A stretch of DNA of 50,302 bases, from assembly GCA_032718475.1 (NCBI GenBank), contig JAUCBJ010001485.1:1-50302 (forward strand). The letters run 5' to 3'. A model generated the notes under the pieces. That model ran no database searches. It saw only the letters and a list, made by a program, of their open reading frames with translations, and had not been told where the DNA came from. Origin of the DNA: Nemertoderma westbladi (Eukaryota > Animalia > Xenacoelomorpha). How positions within the stretch are numbered: position 1 is the stretch's first letter; each line of letters opens with the position of its first letter. Made by a program: the position numbers and the translations under genes. This document shows, piece by piece, positions 26,201 to 33,519 of this stretch.

Positions 26201-27766
26201 ACCGACGTACAGAAATGCATTCCAGATTTAATTGGGCGATTTCTGCAACACTACAGTGATGTCACCAAATTGTTTCGAGTTGTGTCATATTTTTTGATAA
26301 AAATACGCAGAATTCGACATAAACGATCAGGTAAGGTTAGCAACCTACCGGAATACAAACTTCGTAATGAATGCTTAGAGCAAGCTAAACTGAAAGTTTT
26401 GCTGCTGGTACAGCATGACGCCTATGGAAAATATACCGACGACATACGGACAGGTAAGTTACACAGAGTACCTAGATCTTTAGCTGGATTGTGTCCATTC
26501 ATTGCTGATGATAACTTAATACGTATGAACACTCGAGTCGCTATTGTAAACACCGTAAGTTACCAGACAAGTAACCCTATAATTCTACCAGCAGGACACC
26601 ATGTAGTGGTAATACTTGTAAGAAAAATTCACCAGGACTGTGCACACATGGGCGTAGACTATGTGATAAATAAAGTAAGACAGCAATACTGGATATCAGC
26701 ATTGCGCCGTTTAGTAAAAGCCATATTACATAAATGTTTTATATGCCGTAAGCGACTAGCGAAACCAGGCAGCCAAATTATGGCGCCTCTACCGGCAGCA
26801 AGAGTTATCGAGTATTTACCTCCGTTTTCTCATACCGGCGTTGACTTGTTTGGTCCTTTCTACTTGGTCCGTGGGCGTGGCTCAGTGAAACACTTTGGAG
26901 TGATATTTACTTGCATGACGTCACGAGCAGTGGCCTTGTATTTATCGATAAACTACAGCGCAGATGCGTTATTGTGTGTCTTACGTAGATTTATTTGTCA
27001 TTACGGGGGGGTCGAAAGATTTTACAGTGACCAAGGGACTCATTTTACAGGGGCCGAAACGGAGTTAGGAAAACTGCTAGAAGAAGCTAGAGCTAAGAAT
27101 ATATCCACCAACGGAATTATGGCAAACAACTGGTGTTTTAATACGCCATCAGCGTCATGGCACGGTGGTGTATGGGAGAGATTAATCAGGACGACTAAGG
27201 ACTGTCTGCGATCAATGATTGAGACTCGTAACTTGAAACACAAATTGCTGTCCGAGGAAGTTATGAGGACCATGCTTGCAGAAATTCAATTACTTATTAA
27301 TGACAGACCTTTATGCGCCTTAACAGATGACGTAGACTCTTTCGACGCTTTAACCCCAAATCATTTATTATTGCGAAGAAAAATTGGTGTACCATTTCCA
27401 GCTCATTTTCCACACGAGATTTACAATGACGATGAACTTTTTCACTGTCGTAAGATGTGGACTTTGTCACAATTTTTGTCAAGTCAGTTCTGGTCCAAGT
27501 GGAAAGAGGTGTATGTGGACAGCTTAAAGCGACGACAAAAGTGGCTCAAAACTGAGCGCAACTTTGCTATTGGTGACTTAGTACTGGTAATGGAACAGAA
27601 CGTACGACGTCATGACTGGTGTGTCGGACGTATTGTGGACATAGTTCCAAGCGATGACGGGCTTGTGCGGACAGTTCATGTGAGGACAAAATCTACTGTA
27701 TTGTGTCGCCCTATTAGGAAATTATGTTACTTAGAGGTGAGTATGGACAGCACTAATCATAAATAA
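20216..27766 (+). CDS. BEL/Pao Gag-Pol polyprotein, 2516 aa
   Basis: It contains a DUF1759-like Gag (PTPFLGDPKKFVSF), three Cys/His knuckles (CQMCKENHGLFNC, CLRCLRRGHWRDGC, CKECQRPHSSLLH), protease LLDDGS, AVRTPLGWTLAGP, RT KLRIVNDAA..FYVDD, RNase H HHFCDAS..ELQSA..SDS, and integrase H..HMG..CFIC, GVDLFGP, SDQG, VWERLI. The order is PR-RT-RH-IN. Confidence 0.97.
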   Translation: MSSLNVGIGPGSPRSGVSLVGDPLLVGAPIADLTAASHSELVSGHKPSIPAPADITLSTAVALKRSHYRGEPCYDEGPRHAPIGSAKGPLTRLRGNGAPSSNMVASVTSVGTINRGLGQLYRHLESECEEINKARVSSTVDSAILYTLTQKLIARFVKIKDRVTQLERYYECNGTREDYEQVTSKFNYYRDLYHKAIETPAHSVSIQVTPPREVIKAITHPPSEVQNLQRTSGEVLNSNYYGPPGPEQVVGGTANLNIDALNPNKVSTYSVGHGVPRQRQVSVGGASHLSGSSSSSSKVQRLAEAKLAELESIQAQETLRRQEIVDHERHRIQVDLEATRISEAGQETILKATKAAEKAKEQADEETRKAEAQAIKAVAEVKRVAAANERLQVLESAELWCRAQNVRDQCSLRTRILEAEGSAPEGEEFASVMHVDLPLVATGYSVAHPEPASTSTSQFVPQVRQVDKPIYSSNIGDSIFTTPQPEHQPSTRPHRLKFDNHVQAARTPRFLDRQVKSSSTHTYTLSLGKSPENHYIPQPSKGDLPCAQVLYKTSDSEHLPQDEPGSVIEPPNWEPPIERAPYQLSKGPLTPQFYARPTYLDQHNNSSESHNQCRSQNNTDPVIHHKGYTDRSRHLDSRRTGGHLSGDPGGGPSDPDSDNDRSTDRRGRDGRQSRRTSPRHYSYNSPNMGMLEVYERLALALEAPRADPTPFLGDPKKFVSFKNRFMAQVHSKDVTDDIKLRHLVTYVKGEPLDLIEHFEGMTNGYQLAWETLEKNYGNPALIIKAVIEDVTRCRFPIETPSDVRRYAHDVRRTMDVLWTLNCPQYVNNPDFIQRVAVNLNDRMRLRWARRVARFRQDRGSDPGLRQLVAFLEEESDVLNCPMYGRPAAESILRERMGDKFHGFGTKPLPLAGDKCDRWAARDVHHVPETPRFPSIDGKQRLMTSFHEEHCVVPEVMEEPSFSEASGVDTDNIDKFSCEAYAVNPQHSCQMCKENHGLFNCQRFREISPRARWEFVVEHKLCLRCLRRGHWRDGCKAQFRCKECQRPHSSLLHPENFETKDTDERLKNFYAAKRDDASSRLKDYLPDKVTQSRPPYGIYQRVTAMATDMMDRRVQGTDQTALAAVFLKVLPLAVSNAATGAVLTTFVLLDDGSTGTFLDAHVAKCLDMNLQALNISINTVLTKDETRTVMQSNCRVSSVMPNTDMVLALNDVVVMDGLSLRYSRPGSWSLEQLSYLRDIDLAYPEVDVDKISMIVGLNNPLVHKTLEEVWGPTDYDKLHNPHAVRTPLGWTLAGPITSTVANSCLGSNENYKASADSSPRIRNGSVAQPLELLGASTNFADNKDKVFVYHIDCCPWRGDNRMDDEITSDLMTKYFDSEAFYCPSKMQTKSVEDRRCEEILDATTTFVNGHYSVGMLWRDANKPLINNKQLAISRLRWIKRKLKGMPEEHKKYQEALHDYEIKGYARRLSMEDKLAPDGPRKYYVPTHPVWNPNKPGKLRIVNDAAATYRGMSLNSELMEGPNNYNSILDVLLRFREHRFVFACDVAEMFHQVRTPPRDSQSQNILWYEGDVEPADFSGYIVYQMLVSMFGAKDSPCRATHALRKTALDNVALFDDKIIKAIIHDFYVDDGLHGAETIDETVKTALGIIECLKLGGFTLTKFLSNSRDVLKCIPADRRAKEAIDLNFDELPATRALGVKWMPETDYFTFKIFNEKCTPSKRGCVAAVASVYDPLGLIAPILLKGKQFIQKLWSQKLAWDTKLDIKLDTEWNAWYANLPVLAKLEIPRSYFYGQVRDPTDIYELHHFCDASKVGYGCISYIRRVQRLGDITCAMVHAKTRTAPIKQVDITRLELQSALLLVRSHRQIINALTLPFDAIWFYSDSKIVLCQIANEARKFDTYVANRVEEIHRFTIPEQWRHVPGSKNPADIASRGVSPDDFVEIYQDCWFKGPRFLSQPVDQWEGSMRGGNPMGGIDIPKECELKQINTKQTRSKVVSATDVQKCIPDLIGRFLQHYSDVTKLFRVVSYFLIKIRRIRHKRSGKVSNLPEYKLRNECLEQAKLKVLLLVQHDAYGKYTDDIRTGKLHRVPRSLAGLCPFIADDNLIRMNTRVAIVNTVSYQTSNPIILPAGHHVVVILVRKIHQDCAHMGVDYVINKVRQQYWISALRRLVKAILHKCFICRKRLAKPGSQIMAPLPAARVIEYLPPFSHTGVDLFGPFYLVRGRGSVKHFGVIFTCMTSRAVALYLSINYSADALLCVLRRFICHYGGVERFYSDQGTHFTGAETELGKLLEEARAKNISTNGIMANNWCFNTPSASWHGGVWERLIRTTKDCLRSMIETRNLKHKLLSEEVMRTMLAEIQLLINDRPLCALTDDVDSFDALTPNHLLLRRKIGVPFPAHFPHEIYNDDELFHCRKMWTLSQFLSSQFWSKWKEVYVDSLKRRQKWLKTERNFAIGDLVLVMEQNVRRHDWCVGRIVDIVPSDDGLVRTVHVRTKSTVLCRPIRKLCYLEVSMDSTNHK

Positions 27767-27888
27767 ATAAAAAGACAGTTGGTACATGGCTAATTAGTAA
27801 GTCCCCGCGTCATGAATATGTAAGTACTAAATATTTATATAAAATGTATGTATCAAAGGTACGTCGGTACTTCACACCTCCAATGTAG

Positions 27889-28272
27889 CTACTTCACAGT
27901 GAAGAACCTCACACACTGATACTGAAATTACATTACACATGCCACACACTACAGTTTGTGGGAATCCGACGGCGTTCTATTCGGCCTACAACTTTTTCAA
28001 CGCGACGTCAATTCAATTCTCGCTATGAACTAAAATTATTTAATAATTACCTACGTCGGCTCATACTTCCAAATTCATCAACCGTTCGGCGGCGCGGGTG
28101 CACACCAGCTTCGGGTCTTCATCCAGAGGTTCTTTACTTCGAAGGGACCTTGTCAAATACGGATTTCAATAATGAAACGGAACCAGATATGTTTCTTTAT
28201 TATTTGTTCAATAGGGAAGTAGAGTACAACCCAATTCTATTCCCTGATGAACATTTTTTAGAGTTTGCTTAA
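27889..28272 (+). other. Open frame downstream of pol (127 codons), unknown product
   Basis: The frame is stop-free from 27889 to 28272 with no ATG near its start. A candidate acceptor ttcacAG lies at 27898-27899. No recognisable domain. Confidence 0.3.
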
Positions 28273-28427
28273 TTAATAATTAAATGTTACTCGGCATTCA
28301 TGCCTAAAAAGTTTTACTTCAGTCCTGATAAACTCGAACTGCCTATTATTATTTATGTAATATTAATATCCGTGCAAATAATTAGTTTATCACAACACTA
28401 ATACAATATAGTGTATAGTGGGTAGTC

Positions 28428-28730
28428 TTTTGTGTTTATGTAAGTTTCACTATTACTGTATGTACGACAGAACATTTTTGTGTTTATGTAAGTTTCACTA
28501 TTACTGTATGTACGACAGAACATTTTTGTGTTTATGTAAGTTTCACTATTACTGTATGTACGACAGAACTTTTTGTGTTTATGTAAGTTTCACTATTACT
28601 GTATGTACGACAGAACATTTTGTGTTTATGTAAGTTTCACTATTACTGTATGTACGACAGAACATTTTGTGTTTATGTAAGTTTCACTATTACTGTATGT
28701 ACGACAGAACATTTTTGTGTTATGTACGTT
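28428..28730. repeat. 47-48-bp tandem array (~6 copies) in the BEL 3' UTR
   Basis: The unit is TTTTGTGTTTATGTAAGTTTCACTATTACTGTATGTACGACAGAACAT. Confidence 0.95.
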
Positions 28731-28985
28731 TCAATATGTTAGTTAATATTATATGTACTGTAATTATGAGAGGTATCTGTATCTATATTTAATATGTACG
28801 ACATAATGAATCACATCCTGAATTATATATATTTTCAGATCAGATATCCTATATTTTAAAAATAAACCATTTTTTCAAAATTTGAACTGATTGTTTCTCT
28901 TATTTTTTCTATCTTTGTTTTATGACATAATAATAGTGCCTACTGTTGTGAACCGATTTGCTTCGTAATCTATCCTGTACACATC

Positions 28986-29003
28986 AGGAAAGATTAGGGG
29001 GAC
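28986..29003 (+). promoter_or_regulatory. Polypurine tract of the BEL element
   Basis: AGGAAAGATTAGGGGGAC lies immediately before the 3' LTR. Confidence 0.8.
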
Positions 29004-29696
29004 TGTACACGGTTCCATTTACTTAGTATTCTGCAAACAAAAATGGCCATATGGATGATTTAGATCAGCAGAACTTCTGTGCAATATTATATATTTGGGG
29101 CCCCATTGGATCAGTTATTGCATTTAGTTGCCCCTATAGAAGACTACTTCGTCTTCTTAATGCTTTATGACAGTATTATATCAGGCGCTGATCCAATGTA
29201 ACCCCCCTTGTGTAACTGTTATAATGTTGTGCAGTGCATACATATTACTTTATTGAGTTGGCCTGTAATCTATCCTAAGTGATTTCTAGTGTAACTGCCA
29301 ATGGGATTGCTTAGTGAGCAACCAGCTGGAGTGAATTGATTACCACATTGTTCTTTGTACATTTCTGCATATTTAAGGCAGTGTAGTTAATATCCCGGCA
29401 GTCACCTAGAGTCATTTACGGTAACGATATTATTAGGTGTTTACCCGTTTATACTGGGAGCACAAATTCTTAAGATTGTTATTCATATTATATTATTATT
29501 AGAATATACTATCTCTAATCTGAATTCTCTCTTTTATAATTTGTTAACAACCATGCATAAAATGGAAACAGCGTTCCTGGGAGAGCTCCTATTCCTCACC
29601 GATAGATCCTTAGCCCCAATCTAGTTTCTGCTGCTAGCCGATCAACTCAATTCTTTCCCTTTCAAAAAACTCACGAACCTAACGCATTCGTGTACA
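29004..29696 (+). repeat. 3' LTR (693 bp)
   Basis: It is a direct repeat of 18783-19475 and is followed by the TSD AGCCT. Confidence 0.97.
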
Positions 29697-30521
29697 AGCC
29701 TTTTACAAATATATTATTATATTTCAATCATCCTAATATTTTTTTCAATCTCATATATCAATTAGTTCAAAATATCGTTTTACTTCTGCGATAACTCCAG
29801 TGGAAGCAGCCCTCCACCAACGTCATCCCCTTCTTACCAAAGGAATTGTCCATATAGTAGGGGGGGGGGGGGGGGGGATGGATCAAATCCCAACATTTGT
29901 GGATTCCAGTTTGGACCCCTTAGACCTTTTCTAGCATATGAATGGAATTGCTGGTGCAAATATTTACAAAAAATATTTAGAATTAGCAACTTCTGGACAC
30001 TTTTTGTACATATACAATTTTCCGCTATATTTTAATGGTGATCGTTTCAATGTCCGGTGATTGTTTCAATGTCGGTTAGTCATCATTTCCAGTCATTTTA
30101 TGAAGTCTATTTCAGTCTCGGTTCTCAGTTAAACTGCATTGATCGATAGTACATTTCTAGGTGTAGACTGATATCTATCTACCTATTTTAGTGGAAAATG
30201 TGAGATATAATGTTATGCATCAAGCACTTTGGGTGTGGGACCTAAATGATGGGCCATGTCAGCTTGATCCATTACTAGGTAGCGCCATGGGCCTTTGGCC
30301 TCATGTCTGTTTATGTATAACTACATGTAGGATAGTTTTGGCATGGCCTTATCTGGCCTTTCGGTTTTGGTTTTATCATCTTACCGGTACGTCTGTCAGT
30401 TGACGCTTGAGCAACACTACTGCTGTATTGCATTACCAATATACCTTCAGGCCTTACTGCCTTACCTGTTGTGTTTTCACCTCTTGCATATTGGAGTATT
30501 ACCTCTTACCACTTATTGGCG

Positions 30522-30532
30522 TGGTGGCAGCG
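30522..30532 (+). promoter_or_regulatory. PBS TGGTGGCAGCG (tRNA-Leu-type)
   Basis: It abuts the 5' LTR and is complementary to the 3' end CGCUGCCACCA typical of animal tRNA-Leu(AAG/TAG). Confidence 0.75.
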
Positions 30533-30864
30533 ATATCTTACCTTTGCCTCGCCTTGCTCCTTCATCTCAACACGACAAGTGCGTCAGCATATGGCATACA
30601 GGTCAGCAGGTATATCTTCTTACCGTCGTAGCCTAAATCATAGGCTGTGATATAGGCCTACCTAATACCGCGTCTCAACTGCAGAACTAACCCAGAACTG
30701 TACTACTTACCACTACCGGTTGCTGGTTGAGCCAACTGACAACCAACAACCAAACTGTGAATATTACCTATAGGGCCTAGCCATAACCAGATTCGGATTC
30801 ACAGACAATAATTACCGTCCTTACCGGACTGCTGGATAACCATACCTATCTTATCAGTTCACAA

Positions 30865-32802
30865 TTGCCTGTCTATATATACGTCGTACAACTCAGTCTG
30901 CCAGTCCGACTCTACTTAGCATTATTACTACATATACCGGTACCCCAGTACCTACCACAAAAAAAAAAGCTCCTGGTAAACTGGTCAGCCGATATCCAGT
31001 ATCCGCATAGAACACCGATATGTCCACAGCGACAGGTTCCCTACTTACTACAAAAATTATACCTCTCTAAAGTTGAAACCATTAATACCTTTGAAACATG
31101 GAGACAGAATCTTTTATACACTTTAGCTTTAGACCCAGCCTTTGCCCCATTCACCCTTGATTCTGCCCACTGGGAAAAGAAATCTCGCCTTTCTCCTACC
31201 CGTGGCTTTGTGGATGATGGGACTGATATTCCTGCTACATGGCGCTGCACTGCAGCACAAAAGGTAGTAGCCCTAGAACTTATGCTAGGGCAAATAGCAA
31301 ATTATTGCCCCATTGTATCTAGAAATTCAATAGTTAAAACGTCCACTTCACTCCAATCTATGAATGAATCCTCTATATCTCCAGTTATTCGTTCGACGGC
31401 TAGTTGTGAGATGGATGATGATCTTGACCATCCATTATATACAACTCGCTCAACTTGGCTAACCACACAGTCTGAATGTCCAGATCTAAATCGTGTTAAG
31501 GCTCACCTACTCCAAGGCACCCATCCCTCAAAGAAGTTGACCAACATTCGAGATACAAAACGGTACTTAGGGGTAGCTTCACTATCCCGTGATGGACTAG
31601 TTGTCGTTAGAAGGGAACGGACCTTCATCGGAGCTCAAGAACAAATTGTTGTCCCAAGGCCATCTCTCATTGGCTTATTAACTGCACTCCATCTCCAACT
31701 TAATCACTTTTCTAGATCATTCTATGCACTTGATATTGATCCAGCTATTTCTTCTGTTGTTACCAATTGCCACCAATGTACATCGCTTGCGACTGCCCCT
31801 AGACGTGAAATTCCACAATCTACCACCAAATCCCCTCTTCATATGGGATCATCATTTGCTGCTGATGTCATTCGGCGTGAAAAGCAGTATATATTAGTCA
31901 TCCGTGAATCAATCACATCATATACCTCCGCATGTCACTTATCTGATGAAACTGCCACTAGTCTACGTGATGGCCTAATCCGCCTATGTATTAACTTTTG
32001 CCCATGTAATGGTCCCCCTGCTGTAGTTCGCGTAGACCCTGCTACAGGATTCCGTTCCCTTGTAAAAGATACCAAACTTTCGCAATATAATATCACACTG
32101 GAACTTGGTGATGCCAAAAATCCTAACAAAAACCCTATCGCCGAACGTGCTATTCAGGAGGTCATAGGAGAGATGTTGAAAGTAAACCCTTCAGGTGGTC
32201 CCATCTCCCCAACATTCCTAGCTATTGTCATTACCAATGTAAATTCCAGAATTCCGAATCAAGGTCTCTCATCACGCAAAATTCTCTTTCAAAGAGACCA
32301 ATTTAATTCCAGTGCTATCCCTGTTGATGATGAATCCATCGTCCATAACCAACATGCTTCTCGCCAGTTAAACCATCCATCCAGTGTTGGTTCAAAGAGC
32401 CATGGTTCCAGGTCCAACCCTACATCAACAATTTGTGTTGGCGATATTGTTTACGTATACGCAGATGGATCTAAGTTACACAGCCGACCTCGTTATATCG
32501 TTTGTTCAATCAATGGGAAATGGTGTTTTCTAAGAAAATTCACCAGGAACCAGTTCCGAGAACGTTCGTATCGCGTTTTAACTTCTGAATGCTACAAGGT
32601 TCCTGGTGGACACTGTTCTCATGATCATATACCTACCAAACCCACTGATGTCTTCGACTCTTCTGATGATGGTTCCTACTCATTCATTGGTCCTGGCATG
32701 GATGGCGATCCTACAAATCTCACCAATGTTGAACCTCACCAGACAGCTGAAGCGGATCCCCCACTCCGGCGCTCCAAACGTCGACACCTACCGCCAGCCT
32801 AA
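30865..32802 (+). CDS. In-frame fusion of Gag N-terminus to retroviral-type integrase
   Basis: The Gag-like ETINTFETWRQNLLYTLALDP..LELMLGQIANYCP is joined at ~31355 to an integrase with HLQLNH..CHQC, FAADV, VRVDPA, IAERAIQE and VGDIVYV. The probable native ATG (31020) is out of frame. Confidence 0.75.
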   Translation: MPVYIYVVQLSLPVRLYLALLLHIPVPQYLPQKKKLLVNWSADIQYPHRTPICPQRQVPYLLQKLYLSKVETINTFETWRQNLLYTLALDPAFAPFTLDSAHWEKKSRLSPTRGFVDDGTDIPATWRCTAAQKVVALELMLGQIANYCPIVSRNSIVKTSTSLQSMNESSISPVIRSTASCEMDDDLDHPLYTTRSTWLTTQSECPDLNRVKAHLLQGTHPSKKLTNIRDTKRYLGVASLSRDGLVVVRRERTFIGAQEQIVVPRPSLIGLLTALHLQLNHFSRSFYALDIDPAISSVVTNCHQCTSLATAPRREIPQSTTKSPLHMGSSFAADVIRREKQYILVIRESITSYTSACHLSDETATSLRDGLIRLCINFCPCNGPPAVVRVDPATGFRSLVKDTKLSQYNITLELGDAKNPNKNPIAERAIQEVIGEMLKVNPSGGPISPTFLAIVITNVNSRIPNQGLSSRKILFQRDQFNSSAIPVDDESIVHNQHASRQLNHPSSVGSKSHGSRSNPTSTICVGDIVYVYADGSKLHSRPRYIVCSINGKWCFLRKFTRNQFRERSYRVLTSECYKVPGGHCSHDHIPTKPTDVFDSSDDGSYSFIGPGMDGDPTNLTNVEPHQTAEADPPLRRSKRRHLPPA

Positions 32803-33519
32803 TTGAGGGAATATGTATGCGACTTTGACTCTGATGATTAGCTTATCACTCTCATGTTCTGAAGCATCCAGTATCAAATAGAACAATACGTATTATACAA
32901 TTATAAGTATTATTGAACGATTAGTAGATAATTTTATGTGTATAAATAATTGTGCTAACTGTAGCATGTATAAACATGTATTAATCCAAGCTTTGTAGTT
33001 CTTAGTGTAACCGTATTATAGATTTACGAACTGAAACCTAAGAACAGGAAAAAAAACTAGTTGCGCCATGGGCCTTTGGCCTCATGTCTGTTTATGTATT
33101 ACTACATGTAGGATAGTTTTGGCATGGCCTTATCTGGCCTTTCGGTTTTGGTTTTATCATCTTACCGGTACGTCTGTCAGTTGACGCTTGAGCAACACTA
33201 CTGCTGTATTGCATTACCAATATACCTTCAGGCCTTACTGCCTTACCTGTTGTGTTTTCACCTATTGCATATTGGAGTATTACCTCTTACCACTTATTGG
33301 CGTAGCCTAATGTCCTGAATGGACTACACTTGTGCTGTTGTGTTTGTTACTATATAAAATACTAACCAGATAACCTCATACTGTAATTCAAATATTAATA
33401 AATACTAGTCTACCTGATTACACCTTGTTCCTTACTGCTTCCTCCAACACCATGTTTCTTCAAATTCTATAGAACTTAGTTTATTGATTATTTTTTAAAT
33501 ATTATCAGTGACTAGCGAA

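Larger units (their letters stand above)
18783..29696 (+). mobile_element. Full-length BEL/Pao LTR retrotransposon (10,914 bp), apparently intact and recent
   Basis: It has two 693-bp LTRs, a 5-bp TSD AGCCT (18778-18782 and 29697-29701), a single uninterrupted Gag-Pol ORF, and a polypurine tract before the 3' LTR. Confidence 0.97.
30282..33302 (+). mobile_element. 3.0-kb internally deleted Gypsy-type LTR element (no protease, RT or RNase H)
   Basis: It has 240-bp direct repeats at 30282-30521 and 33063-33302 (about 2 mismatches), the PBS TGGTGGCAGCG, and a purine tract AAGAACAGGAAAAAAAA before the 3' LTR. Confidence 0.9.
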
